Assembly (NCBI GenBank): GCA_951804945.1
Contig: OX638154.1
Coordinates: 32,178,001-32,242,000 of the forward strand
From: Podarcis cretensis
Taxonomy: Eukaryota
DNA length: 64,000 nucleotides
Direction: 5' to 3'
Under the pieces are notes generated by a model. That model did not search any database. It saw only the letters and a program-made list of their open reading frames with translations, and was not told the origin of the DNA. The position numbers and the translations under genes are program-made. Positions 11,591 through 26,500 of the stretch are shown in pieces. Position 1 is the first letter of the stretch, and each line of letters begins with the position of its first letter.

Positions 11591-14500
11591 CTGGAAGAAA
11601 AAAAGAATAATGTTTAAAAATGTGCACACATCAGTCACTGGTAACTAATTTGTACTAGAAGATTGGAAAATAGCCAACAAAATGTCAATTTAAAAAAAAG
11701 GCTCTGGGAAATCACAGGCCAGTTAGCTTAACGTTTGTACCAGGGTATCTGCTAGAAAAACGAAGTATATAAAAAGAACAGATCAGAATGGGTTCTACAA
11801 AGGGAAGAAAGTTCTGCCTCATCACATTTTGAAATTGTGCCAATAAGAACATGGATGTGGTGATCCAGTAGGATCATATGCTTGGACTTGCCAAAAGCTT
11901 TTTGTCAGGATGGTTCCCCAAAGGTTTGTAAGTAAAGTCATAGAGTAAGAAGGCAGGCAGTGCTATGATTAGTAAAAGGCTAAAAAGAAAACAGAGAACA
12001 GGAATAAGCTCCCACCACTTATCCACTATGGAGTGATGGTGTTATCGGAACCAGTGCTATTTAACCTCTTCATCCATAGATCGGGATTAGGGATGAACAC
12101 TGAAGTGGGCAAATTTGCAGAAACCAAATTATCTGGATTTACTATAGTGAAAATTCAGGTAGACTGTGACAGCTCCAAAAGACTCTCCTCATTCTAGATG
12201 AATGAGCAAGAAAATGGCAAATGGGGTTCAAAACTATAAAGTGGTGCACAATTAAGGCAAAAAAATTCGTAACTTCCCAAGTACACTCTTGGGATTTCAA
12301 GTGGCAATGGCTACACAGGAAAGACATATATTGGGCTGTGGTGGATAGCTCAGTGACAATATGAATTCTGAGCATGGCAGCTATGCCAAAGAATTATTAG
12401 GAAAGAGGTTGAAAGAAAATTGAATGTGTTTACACATTACATAGAATGATAGAGTTGGAAGGAAGCACAAGGGCAATGCAGGAATCTCTTTGCCCAATAT
12501 GGGGCTCAAACCCATGACCCTGAGATTAAGCGTCTCATGCTCCACCAGCTGCTGGAAAGATAACTTTGTAAGCTGGCAAAGGTTGTAGAAAAGGGAAGAA
12601 CAAATCATTACCATCCAGCTCCTTTTCAATTAAATCCATCCTATGAGTAACTTCATCTTGCAGAGACTCAACGTGGGCCAGAAGGTTAAGTTGCCACTGC
12701 AGCTGGGAATTCACAACTCCTTCCTTGTCTTTCTCCAGCAGTTTTACTTCAATAGCTTCCTCCGATGTGACTTTTTCTCTTACCTATCAAAATACACAAA
12801 TTAATGAGGCTTATAGGCATTAAATCAGTCAATGTAATTTAAAGGAAAAGTTAAAGGTTTACTGAATAATCTGGCTCTATAAATGGGACTACTTCTGGAT
12901 CAAAAGACAGAGTATAAATAGATACAGTGGAACCTTGGTTCTCGAACGGCTTAGTTGACTAACAAATTGGCTCCCGAACGCTGAAAACCCAGAAGTGTTC
13001 TGGTTTTTAAACCTTTTTTTGGAAGCTGAATGTCCAATGCAGCTGTCGGCTGTTTCTGGGGTGCCTGCACCAATTGGAAGCTGCTCCTTGGTTTTCAAAC
13101 GTTTCGGGAGTCAAATGGACTTCTGGAACGGATTAAGTTCGAGAACCAAGGTTCCACTGTATATCAGTAAGTTCCTTTGTCAGATGCTGCAGAATGCTGG
13201 GTTTTATGACTACAAGCTGTTTTTCAGAGTACAGTTGGGAAAATAATATGGAGTATTAATAAAACATTAAAACAACACATATTAAAGCTTGTGTACTCTT
13301 ATGGACATGTCTTAATATATGGTTCATATATAGTCATCACAGAAGTAAGGCCTAAGAGAATCACAGAGAAAAAATACTGTTGTATTATATAGAAAATACT
13401 TCCACTCTGAAAGCTAGTTAACTTTTCTTTTTTTTAAAAAAAGGGGACACCCAAATTAGAACAGAATGTAACCTTTCTAAATAATAGATAGGCACGTTAG
13501 TTCTATACAGCTCTCCTGACAAATAGTCTATACTCTGAAATTTCATCACAATTTTCCGATGTGAGGGGTTTTCGGTTGCACAGGTTGTATCAAATGGAGT
13601 CCCTTGTGCTGACAGAAGGCTTTTTGAATCAGCAGAGGATTTTGCCAGTGGAATAGGGAGGGAGATGTTATTACCGATTCCCCCTCCTGGTGATGCCCTC
13701 TGTATGTGTCCAAAATCTACTTTAAGGAGTTAAGAGAACCTCCGGAACAGTCTAAGATGTGGGGGAAATCACTTCCCTTCCAGTTTCCTCTACAACTGAT
13801 CAAAGAGCCTTCTGTCGGTGCAAGGAGCAGCATTAGATACAGCCTGCAATTCTCACCTTTGCATTTTATTTTCTATTGTTGGCCAGCAATGTATTATATT
13901 TCTATTTCCATTACCAACTACTCAGAATTTCCAAGTTGTATGGACAGGTATGCTGCCTCATCCTCCGTATACAAGCTCGGCTCTTCCCTGTGCAGGGATT
14001 ATCATATCTATTTGTGTTGGAGATAAGATTTTCCTTCTCCCAGCTGCAGAAACTCAGAAATACTTCAATGCAACATACCTTAGAGTAGTTATGTTTTGAT
14101 TCATTTTCAAACTTGTGTATTTCTCTATCCAGCTCCCATCCTAATCTCTCTACTATAGTATCATCTCCATTCTCTCTTATCCTATTGACACCATCATCAA
14201 TGTCTGAATTTCTGGTTTCCACAACAAGTCTCTGTTCTATAGCAGGATAGTAGGCTCGAGGTTTTTGGTAACAGTGTTCACTAGTGATATATGATTCCTC
14301 TACAGAAGGAATGGTTGAAGGTTTCTCAATGGTTCCATTAAAAGTTCTGTAACTTGTAGTCTCCTCTTTGCAACAGTTTTCATCAATATGAATGAGGCGC
14401 GTGCTGTGTGATTTTTCATCTACTTCAAGATGTTTCCAAGGCTGACACCAGAGCTTCAAGTCAGGATGTTCTTTGCTTCTGATGAAAAAAGTAAATAAGT

Positions 14501-17500
14501 GGGAGTCAAGACTAAAAACTTTTACAGTGGTGTCCCGCAAGACGAATGCCTCGCAAGACGAAAAACCCGCTAGACGAAAGGGTTTTCCGTTTTTCGAGGC
14601 GCTTCGCAAGACAAATTTCCCTATGGGCTTGCTTCGCAAGACGAAAACGTCTTGCGAGTCTTTTCCCTTCCCCCCCCCCTTTTTCTAAGCCACTAATAGC
14701 CGCTAAGCCGCTAATAGCGCTAATCCGCTAACAGGGATGCTTCACAAGACGAAAAAACTGCTAGACGAAGAGACTCGCGGAACGGATTATTTTCGTCTTG
14801 CGAGGCACCACTGTACAGACGATTCAGATGACCTACCCCTTTTCTCCAAGAACATCAGAAGTTTTCACTTCTGCTAAGATTAACCATGGTCAAGTGTGCA
14901 GTCAACTGTAGTCAATAAACTATGGTCAGCTTAATAAACTATGGTTTAAAGTTGGTTTATTTCAACTAACTATAGTTGAGATCAGCATGGCCAGCTGTGG
15001 TTAATTTAAGATGAAAGTGACAGTTTCTGAACTCTCCCGTTGCAGCTATACTAGAAGAGGAGAAAAGCACATGAGATGGAAGGTCACTGTGTCCAGTTCT
15101 CAAGATGGGTTAGCAGCAAGGCCACACTAGCCTATTACAAATTCAGGTCTACAGTACAGAATGCCATACACAACAGAGATCTGCAATGCTAACCACACTT
15201 GCTTATTCAAAAATCTAGCGGTATGATTCAAATGAGAACTTGCAAAAACAATGCTTACTGCAAAATGCTCATCTTCAGTTGAAGTCCATGCAGTACTTCT
15301 ATCACTTTTTGCACATCGCCAAGAAGTTGGTGCGTAGCAACTATTTTCTTAGCATTCTGGTGGGAATAATTTTCTCCCAAAAATGTTAAGCCATGCATGT
15401 GACCACTGCATAACCACTCCTTCTCATACCAGTATTTCAAACTGGATCTCTTACCTGAAGCAGAATAATGAGAGGGTAAGATTACAAAAGTAAATATATG
15501 AAAACTCTTTGATAAAAAAATTCTCATATTCTACTACTTAATCTTTATTCTCTTCCCCCACTCCCCAATAATAGTAACTTCTAAAAGGGAATAGTACAAA
15601 GTAAACTTTAAAGTGCGATTGCAAAAGGAAAAAATCTACTCCCCACCCATTTGCTTCAAACAAGGATGACATTTAGTAATACTCAAATTCTCTCTTGGCT
15701 TTTAAAAAAATAGTGAATTGGATATCGTTTAACTAAAGTAAAAACTAGCGAGTATCAAAATGCAAGTCCTATGATGCAGAATTTCATTTGAAGCCAGTCT
15801 AAGAAGGCTTGGAAGCTGGTAAAAGACACAAAGGATGTAATCAGATCTACACTAGCCCACTGAACATAGTGGAACTTTCTTCTGTATAAACACACACACA
15901 CAAATCTTTATCTGAAACTTAGTTAACCAGATCTTTGCACTTGAATATAAACACACAAAATCCCTGGCTCCAAGTGAGGAGAAAGCTACTGCCGCCACTG
16001 CACAAAAAAACATGTTTCCTTATGGCCATGAAAAGATAGGTGCTGCTGTGACAGTGAGTTTGTTTTGGTTTCAGCAGCCCCTTCCTTGTGAGGAGTGCGA
16101 GAGAAGGGAAAAGCCAGAATTGGGCTCGCCTGTTGCAGTGGTGTCTTCTGGTCACCATCTCTACACAGCTGTATCCTAGAGGCACAAGAACAGTTTTTCC
16201 TTTTCAAAAGGTACAAATTATACTGACAGAAGTCATTTGGCTGAAAACAGGTCAGTTTAACCTCTTTTCCACATGCTATTATATACAACTGTCATTGCAG
16301 TGAGGGCCCCAAATTGCTTATTCTCCATTCTCCTTTAGTGGAGAAGTCACATCTCCCCTTGAATATGCAAACAGAATAGGTTCTGTCTGGCAGGGAGATG
16401 GAGATTTGGCCGATAATAATGCATAATGCATTTCCCATAAGTTGTCAAGCTACGTCCCTGAGGGATATGATTGACTTCTGACCGGCTGGATACAGCCACC
16501 TGTCAATCAAGACCCAGGTAGGTCAGAAACTCTTCAAAAGATGACTGTTGCCAAACAGTCTCTTGTTCCTCAACTGACCATCTGCTGCTATATGTGAGTA
16601 GACCAGAAGCCCTTATCAAAGTAGCTATACTGGAATAGATGAGACTTGAACTAAAATGTTCTTTTTGTTATTTTCTGCCTCTTCCATTTGCCCCCTTCCT
16701 TCCTTTTCTATTCTTAAGAGTCTTCATAAAATTTAGCTGTTAGGGTCCTGAACGCATTTGAGCCCAAACTCTCAGGGTTATTCCAACCTCTCATGTTATA
16801 GTCACTTGATTCATGCTATGTGTGTGCTATGAGAGGGAGGAACAGATAAACTGGATGCAATCTCTGCTTTCCCTTTGCAAGCATTTGCCTTGGATCCCTG
16901 GAAACCACGCCCATCTGGGGTTACAAGGAACATGCCTTGTAGCCTCTGGCACTACTGGTCTCCCCAGAATGGCAGTCGTGGAACCAAGGGAGTAATAAGT
17001 TATTTACCTCACTTCCATTACAATCATTGTAAGTTGTTTCATTTGGAATGCTGCAAACAGTATGAATTACATGACAAGGAAATCACTTCAGATGTATAAT
17101 AATGTAAACTTGCAAATTAACAGGAGACAAGTCAATAACAAAATCTAATAGGTCGTATTTAAAAGAGACAAGACAATAATAATAATAATAATAATTACTA
17201 CATACTATTAGAAGACTCTGCAACCTTAGAAATCTTTGTACCTGGAGGATCTTGACAAATATAGCAGGTGTATTTCTCAGGTACATTATCTTCTAATAGA
17301 CCCATACAGACTCCATGCTGCCAACAGAGACATTCTTCACACTGTTGTAAGTCAAATAAACAGAACGAGATCAATACAAAGTATGCATCACACACACAAA
17401 CAAACAAACACTTTAAAGGTATTTTAGAGGCCTAAATACATGACTGTATATTGCTGGTGCATATTTCTTTTACAAACAGAATAAATGAAAAAGAGTTGAG

Positions 17501-20500
17501 TTGTTATGGGAAATTATTCTTTTTTCCCTTAAACTGGAAAATTACAAACTATGCAACATGGAAATCAGGTAGCAAGAAAATTAATCAGGAAATATCAGGT
17601 CAATATATCTATAGAGAAATTATGTCAGAAGCAAAAGCTTAAGTTTTCCCATATGAATGTAACACCTTTGGAAGGAAAATACGACATATAGTCTTGTGTA
17701 TTAGAAGTAGTGGAGGCCAAATCGGCCCCAACATCTGCTGTATCAAGCTAAGCATACCAAACTATTTCCCTCAATAAACTGAACTATTTCGAATCTAATC
17801 CCATTTTTTCCTGTGTTATTAATGGATCTTCTGTTTCCACCAGGATCTTCTGGTCTTTCCCTCTTATGAATCTCAAAACTCTCAGCCTGCATCTCCCTCA
17901 CCTATTTATCTAAACTGCTGCTCTAGCAGCAGTTGAATGGCTGGAATGTGAGCCAGATACCAGGAGACTTAGATATGTCATCCTCAGGACTATGTTAAAT
18001 GAAAAGACTACATCACTACCTGCTCCCAAGCCAGGCATCAGAATGGGAGAAGTAGGCTATCCTCTATCGCTACCACCATTATAGTTAACAAGCCAGGTAA
18101 ACTTGGATGGTAGGGAGGAGGGCTTATTTCACCAGCTTCCTGAGTGAAAAATGCCTACCCCTTCTTTACACAAGCGAAGTACAGCCTTGAGTTACAGGGA
18201 GGGAGGCCACAACATGTTTGTACAGTAATGGAATTTTGGGGGTTTTCTTAGGAAGATTAAAAGAGCTCTATGTCATTCTAAAATCTTAAGAATTTGTTCT
18301 AAGTGATACTACATTAGCATTCACCTAAACATGAATTGCACAAGCACGGGTTACAGGTAAGAACAATTCAGAACATTCTTAGGGATAATATTTTCAACAC
18401 AATAAAAGAAGTCAGAAAGTAATAGAAGAAGAGGCAAATGCAAACAATTAAAGTTTTTCATATCTGACACAATCTACTCTATTATAAAGCAATTTCAGGT
18501 AACAGTTAAGCTCCATAGCATCACCATTTTGGGGTTTGGTAATGAGGATTCTCTGCTATCTATCTATCTATCTATCTATGCACACACATTATTATAAAAC
18601 ATGCACAAATGAATCTTCCTAATTAAGTACTGTTTGGGCATGCAGGAGGGCACTGCAATATATTTATTTATTTATTTATTTACTTACAAATATGCAACCT
18701 AGACTTTCATGAAAATATAGCAAAGTAGAACCATACAAATCCATAAATATATCAATAAAACTTCAATTTGTACTTTATAATTACTTATGTGTTTCAATTT
18801 ACTTCATTACGCTCACAATCTACAACCATGTACCTGAATCATAAAGTCATTTTCTTCCTCCACTTCACAAATGCACCGAACAATTTCAAAGTCATTATCG
18901 TCGTATTCAAGATCCTCATCAGGATTAGTTGTTACATCAATGTCCTGACTGCAGTCATCGTCGCTCCAAAGCAAACTATCTGCAGATGACTCACTCAAGG
19001 TATCATCCTCTGTGTGCAAAGAATTTAATAGGAATAAAATCTGTGTGAGTAATTCCAGAAAGCTGCCAAAGGAGGTGGTCATTCTAAACAATGTTAGCAA
19101 AAGAATATCCATTGATAAGACTTTCACACATTCCAGATTATGCTTAAAATTGTGTTTCTGTGCTAGACTCAGATGCTTTGTTAAATTTGTATCCATTACT
19201 AAACAAAAGTGAGACATAAGGTAAAACCCAGCCAAACCCTCAATTTCCTGACTGAAAACTGGGCCAAGCAATGTAATAAAAGGAAGCCAGTCTCACTGAA
19301 ATCAATGAAACTTGTATGCTTTGCTTTGACTGGATCATGTCAACATGCAACTACAACCCTACACATGCTTACTTTTTCTGTAGAGCTTGCCATTAAGTAA
19401 TAAGGGTTTGCTCCTGTGTTACCATAGCTGCAAGGAAAGTTTCTGACACCAAGTATTTTCTCTGGCCATAGCCCAATAGTAATCTGCTTATACTGCCTAC
19501 TCATGGAAGCAATGGTTACACCACTTCCATCTACACAAAAACTGGTTCCTAAGGGGACACTAAACCAAATACTAGAGACCAGCATGTAGTGGTTAGTTGC
19601 TTCTGTTCTTGAGGACTACAAAACTAAGCAAATGGATGGCAATCTGGATAAAAAACTAACCCAGGCTCAAGGATCACCAGGGGCAGGAGAAAGGTTCAAC
19701 CCCCAGATCAATAGTGCCCTTGGATGCTCTGACAATTACTCATTTGAGGAAAGTTAAAAGTGCTGCATTTGTAGTTAACTGTACCAAATCTACTCCAGAG
19801 TGTCCTTCAACCCTCAGGAGAATATTCTTTGAGCACATGGGGAGGAAAGGATGCCCACTCACACAACATTCAATTTCACAACTGCATGACTCTTTAAGAT
19901 ATCATCTATGTTTTCAAGAGATGATAAAGTGCTGTTTGTTTAAACTGGCTGTTTCTACTTTTCTTACACTGAACAAAAACACTTATGAAAAACAGCTATT
20001 ACAGCAGTGAGAACTTAGTAAGAGGAACAAAAAATGTAGTAAATATCATATCCCTTATGACTATTATACCATTTTAGCGCACACGGAGAATAATGTGGGA
20101 AGCAACAGAAAAGTAGATTAAAGTAAGTGAGCAGAATAAATACAAAACTCCTCTCCAATAACAGAGGTATGTGATTTTCATGTTACACACACTTAATTTG
20201 TCATTGAGGTTTGGCATCTCTTTAGGTGGTTTGCAACAAAAAGTTCCAAGTTCCCTATGATTTCAATGAGTTTGCTCAGGAAATAATTAGATCTGGATCT
20301 AGAGATATAATTTCTCAATTTTTGTATCCAAAGTAATTTGCTGTGGAGAACTTATTTTAAAGTCTTCAGCTTTTTTAAAGATGTCATATAGTGATTGAAA
20401 TGGAAAATGCATTTAACCTCAAATTCTAATTTGCTTTAGAGTAGCAGTGGACATTACCTCTTATAAGTAGGTAAAGGTTGGTTTAAGATTAGAAAAATGT

Positions 20501-23500
20501 AAGTCACCTTTAAGCAGAAACCAAATCTAGAAGATTTCAGCCTGAAGGTTGAGCATTCTGGAAAGATACAAATGATTTAAATGCAAGAATTTAGAATGGA
20601 AACTGGTGGAATCCAATTCATTTTAAAATAAGTATCAAGGACTTAATGTTCATAGATGAGTGGCTGATCTAGGAACAGTGAAGCACACAATTCTGAGCCA
20701 CACTAGGTCACAGTGTGGTTCTATTAACAAGGACTCGAATACACAAAAAATGTTATTCTTCGCAGTTGTAAGAATGCTTTCAGATATTATTAAATACTAT
20801 GAGACAAATCCAAAAGAAAAAACAGGAATCGATTAGTTTACTTAAAGTGCTGCTCTCTTTACAAGATAAACAACCTTCTTTCCACAACAGCCCACAAGTA
20901 ATAAGGTGATCATTTTTCTTCTGAGCTCACACAAAAACACACCTGTATACCCCATGCCCATAACACAATACTTTTATAAGTCAAAGCTTTATATGGGAAA
21001 CTAATGCAGAGGCAAGCGATATTGTAGCACAAATACGTTGCCGGCTGATGCAGCTAGGGAGTAACTGGATCTTTTGTTAATACAACTGAATATTTTCTAA
21101 TATATCTATTAACTATTAGTGTATAGAAGCATCAGATATTACTTAACAATACTTCTTTAAATTAACAGAGTCATATATTGAATGACTTATCTGCAAATTG
21201 GAGGAAATTATCAAGATTAAAGATTTATGATTAGGATGCCTTCTCTTTCACTGAAGTAACTACACATGGACATGTCTAGATGTGAAACGGGACCAGGAAA
21301 AGAAAGTTGAGTGTCATTTTTAGCCATGTTCTTTCTGTATCAATGGTTGATGGTTCAAGGATGTTTATGGCAGCTACATAAAGTATAAACTATGCCTGTT
21401 TTTCAGTGCTGATCCTTCTTCAGGGCTGATCATATGGTCTGCTTTTTACTATTTACCTCTTACCAAAACTTCATTTCAGCTTCAATTGTGTTTCACAGGT
21501 GCTAGCAGTTGTGTATTAACATCCACTGCTGCTATTTAAGACCCTTGGATATTATCAGCCTTGCCATATTTTAAGGCCCGGTTGAGTTGCTCCTGTCATT
21601 GCTTCTTAGGCTAGGCAGAGAATTTATCCTCTCCGGATATTCACCTTAATACTTCTTTCCTTAGTACTACCCTACACCTAAATATCTGTGTAACCTTCAG
21701 GTGCTTCTAAAACATTTGTTCAATATTCATTAGTGGTTCCCCCCTTTTCTACGTTGTTGCTTAGCTCTGGCTATTCTAAACCATCAACAAATATAGAGAA
21801 TAGACACATAGTACCCAACTGTCTAAAACAATGACTGCATTCTGACATGTGAAGCCATGCTTATCTTAGTAAAGCCATACTGTGCATGCGGCCCAATCAC
21901 TCCTGCTTTTCTCCTCTTTTGGCACAGTAAACAATGAGGATAGCTTAGCTTTATGTGTCAACGCAGGACCATGGTTTGTTGGACTGTAACAAGCCACAAT
22001 CAATAAGTCAACAACACACCATGGTTTAAGAGTAGCCAGTGATTGGAGCTTATTATGAAGCAACAGACCATAATTTCATATTTGGATGTAACACCAAGCT
22101 ATCACCTTCCTAGGTTTGCTTATCAACTCATGCCAGGAGAGGAGCAGAACAGAAGCTTTTGCACAGAGAACTGGGTTGCATGCACCAGCATGAAGTTTTG
22201 CACAGTAGTTATTAAATCAAGCTTCTTGACTTACTATTATGTGCAAACACACCAAATTTAACACTTCTAAAGAATAGAAAACTTGAAGAAAGGGGAAAGT
22301 TACAAAAACAAGCCAGGCTCAAGCAAACCTGCTAAGGAAGAATAGCAAGAATCCCTTTAACTAAAACTGATAGTTAAAGAAGAGTTAAAGAATCCCTTTA
22401 ACTAAAACTGATAAATCAGTCTTATGTCTTTGAGCTGGCATGTCTCTGCAAGGCAAATACATCATGCTTTATGATAATGTGTTGTTGCAGTAGTCAATGT
22501 GCTCCATCCTAGGCAGCAAGTCTTTGCAAATTTTCAATTCCTTTACTAGCATTTCAAAGTTCTAAAGTGAAGACTATTGAAGTAGAAACTAAATCAATCT
22601 CACCATTCGTTTTTGATTTGTGTTTACGATGCCCAGAATCAGCACCCTGCAGTTGCGTACTCGAATGTGCACAAGGCCGATTTGCTGAATTGTATCTCGT
22701 TGCAATGGCAGATCTCGTAGGGGAAAGATCTTGGGGAAAGTCAACATTTTCTTCACTCCCTGAATGCTCTGTAAACATTAGGAAGTGTTAACACTTTAAA
22801 AATGAATATACCCAAGATTCCATGGTTAAAGAATTAACAGTACTATGTTTGCACTGGTTCTACACCTCTAATAAACAAGTAGTTAGTGTAGATAGTGTTG
22901 ATACTTGTAGACTCCTCTGCCTACAAGTATAGACCCCCATCCATGTTATTTGCCCATCACCAACAACAACTCCAGAATGCTAAAATGCTCTGCTCTCCAT
23001 TCAGTAGGAGGCAGGGTCTCTTCTTAGAACAGGGGTGGGAAACCTGTGTCCTCCATATATTGTAGGACTAAATCTCTCTGTAACCAGATTACTGGCCATG
23101 CTGGCTGGAGCTAACGGGAGTTGGAGTCCAACAACATTGTCACAGAATACAAGCTTAATCAGAGGCTGGACTGATCTGCCTCGTCCTCTGCTAGATGCCA
23201 TCATCACATGTCTCTGAAGCAAACAGTGACACTTCTCTGTTAAAAAGACAATTGCATATATACTTGTTTACATTGATGTCTCCAGTGTAACATTGTCTTA
23301 GTAGTGTTTTCTGCTAAGAAAATGACGTTGATCAAGAAAGGAAAGACAATTAAATGAAGTCATCTCCCCCATTATTACCTGATTTTGTTTTCTTTTTCTT
23401 CTTTTTCTTCTTCTTTGATTTTGATCTTACAATGTCTCTGGGTTTTTTCTCTTTGCTCTTCTCCTTTTCTTTATTAGCTTAAGAGAATTTTAAAAATCTA

Positions 23501-26500
23501 TATTATTTCTTACAGGATAAAATAGTAAGCTTTTACTCAGGTATACTCAGTGCTTTTTTTCTAAAAAAAATGTTTAGGGGTGCTCTCGTTTTCCTACACA
23601 TATTGAAATACTGCCCTTCAATGAGGCCAAACAGATTCACAAAATGTTTAGGGGTATGCGAACCCATGCATCCCCCCAGAAAAAAGTACTGGGTGTATTT
23701 ATGCATGATTAGCGTGTTTCTAGATCAGTAGTCATGTAAACTAGGGAGGCGGGTGGCGCTGTGGGTAAAACCTCAGTGCCTAGGACTTGCCGATCGTATG
23801 GTCGGTGGTTCAAATCCCTGCAGCGGGGTGAGCGCCCGTCGTTCGGTCCCAGCTCCTGCCCACCTAGCAGTTCGAAAGCACCCCTAAGTGCAAGTAGATA
23901 AATAGGTACCGCTTTATAGCGGGAAGGTAAATGGCGTTTCCGTGCGCTGCGCTGGTGCTGGCTCGCCAGAGCAGCTTCGTCACACTGGCCACGTGACCTG
24001 GAAGTGTCTTCGGACAGTGCTGGCTCCCGGCCTCTTAAGCGAAATGAGCACACAACCCCAGTCGGTCACGACTGGCCCGTACAGGCAGGGGTACCTTTAC
24101 CTTTACCTTTAGTCATGTAAAATTTCATTTTAGTCATCTGTGTGTGTTCCAGTACCAATCTCTACTCATTTGCTATAAATGTGTGTTTCCTCCTCCTCAA
24201 ATTGCTGGCTCATTATATTGTGCCCCTAAAGGTTATACTTAATTTGCACAACTCTATGTTGTAAATTAAGTGATTAATAGAAAAATAACAAGCTGAATTT
24301 TAATGATTAAATGTAACTCAAGTGATTCGGGCTCATAAATGTAACTAGAGTGTTAAAGGCCAATTCAAAATAGTTACGAGAAAGAATACTTTTGGCAAAA
24401 CACTCACATAAGCAACCAGATGTCGTCCGTCTTCTATTAGAACATTCTTGACTGGCCTTTTCAGAAGCTACAGAGCCTCTTGTTTGAATGCTTCTTGTTG
24501 CTGGACTCTGTTGTGGTTCTGGTGACTTCTCAATACCATGAAAATACTTCATATGATAATGCAACAGTTTGGCTTTCCGAAAGGATTTGGAACAATCCAA
24601 GAATTTGCATCTAAACTTGGGTTCATGTTCTATTGCAGCTTTTGAAGCAGTAAAAACATCAGCTCTCTTTGAAGCAGTGGTTACTGTAAGAACACAAGAT
24701 GTAAACTTAAGAAACACATGCATTTTAACTGTAACACACTAGCCTTGTGTAGACATGTAAAGCCTTTTGCACAGTGGGTAATCAGGACTGCACTGCCCAA
24801 AGCCCTTCATACTAACTTTTAAAGAAGTCTAGCCTGAAAAATATGATGAGTAAAAACTTAACCTGTAACAGATGCCCCTGAAATCTCCTGCAATTCAGGT
24901 GTAGAGGAAGGCTCTGCCGTATTTTCTTCCTTTAATCTGGTGTCATCTACTGAAACCTGAGGTACTGAAGTCTGAGATACTTCAGAAGATGGAGGCAACT
25001 CTTCATTAATCTTTTGGTCAGACTCAACACATGCTTCTAATGGACCTAAAAGTCAAAAGGGTGGGTAAGTGAAGAATAGAACACACAGATACAAAACACT
25101 TAGGTTAACATAAAGTCTTTAACAGCCAAATCTACATTTTAAGTTAAAACCTTAAGAGAACTCAAGCAAGAAATAAACTAGAATGAGGACCAATACTACA
25201 CATGACATTCAATGCACCTTTACAACTAATATGCAGATATTTTTTTTTAAAAAAAAATTAAGTTCAAGGGGTGGCTTATAATTAAAGACAGGCACTTATA
25301 AAATCAGCTTATTTACCTTCTACAACTTCTTTTGGGATAGATTCTGGCTCTTTTAAAGATCCAACTTCATCTAGTAGTGGTGCAATGAAGTCAGTATCTA
25401 AAGTTTCATGACTGCTACTGGTAGAATGTCTTGATCGTCTCTTTACAGAATCCTTTTCATTGTCCAGAGCATTTTTCAACTTTTCTTGAGCTAAAAATAA
25501 TTTTAAGACCATTTATTTTTAAACTCTTAGCAATCAAATTTTATCTTAAAATTTTATCATAGTATTTACATGTTTAATTCAAATGCAACCTATTACACCA
25601 CCAAAGGTATTTCACCAAACAGCTACATACATTCATATACACATAAAATTATACACAATGTGTTGACCTTGTGGCAACTATCATTCATCTTTATGACCAC
25701 ATCCATTCTTCTTCATGTAACACAATTCCTCTTCCCTTCTGGCTTCCCCAGAAGTATGGATGTAGGTTCTCAGTCTCCAAACCTATTGACTAGCAATAGC
25801 TTATTATTATAAATGGACATTTTAAAAAAGGTATTATATCCACTGCCAATGGTTAGTGAAAGGCATGTTGTTCTTAGGGTCAAACACAGTCCAGTGAGAA
25901 GCAGTCTTTGAATTAATGGATCTTCTTGATGGTGCTGGGGGTTGTTACAGATAAGACAGTTGTACCAGTGGACACAACAGGGTTTCCCCTTTGTTCTCTC
26001 CTCTCCTCACCCCCTTTGCCCCACAATCTACTTCAGAGGGTTCCCTCAGCCGTCAGAGCAGAGTTGAGGGGTGGGCGAGAGAGGAAGGGGAAGTCCCATT
26101 TGTGTGAGTGGAAGGAAGTCTGCTACACAATTGAGAAGACACTATTAGATATGTCCCATGTAGTATTTTTTAAAAAGAAATTAAACAAATACTCAGGCAA
26201 ATAGTGAACTACTCTTACTTTATATTTTATCCGTAAATCTGCAACTTTCCCCCTGACCCCTTTTGTCACTGGCTCCTTCTGTTAGTAGGTGTTCCTATCA
26301 AGTATCTACACTATTAATCAATAAAGGTCATTAAAACGAACATAAGGGAAGTGACCAGCAGCTCTAAGCTACATGCCAAACTCAATATAGAAAGGGAAAT
26401 GCCCAGTCCTTTCCCTTCACTATTGTTAAATTCTTTATTAAAGCATTTATCTCACTGTTCTAGTGTGAATACACACCACTTAGGGCAGGCTATAAGATAT

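Noticed and set aside
12484-12555. Functional tRNA-Lys(CTT) gene
   Set aside because: 5' acceptor stem and D arm are decayed, the T loop is mutated, and it runs into a CR1-like tail, so it is a SINE.
13911-14639. 242-aa ORF as a stand-alone gene
   Set aside because: It is MITE sequence plus one PHF20 exon plus intron read-through.
14525-14813. CRISPR-like or regularly spaced array (GCAAGACGAA repeats)
   Set aside because: These are sub-terminal repeats of a MITE with TIRs and a TA TSD in eukaryotic DNA; spacing is irregular.
21866-22063. Extra PHF20 coding exon
   Set aside because: In the required phase the TTACAG acceptor leads to an early TGA, there is no clear donor, and the gene model is complete without it.
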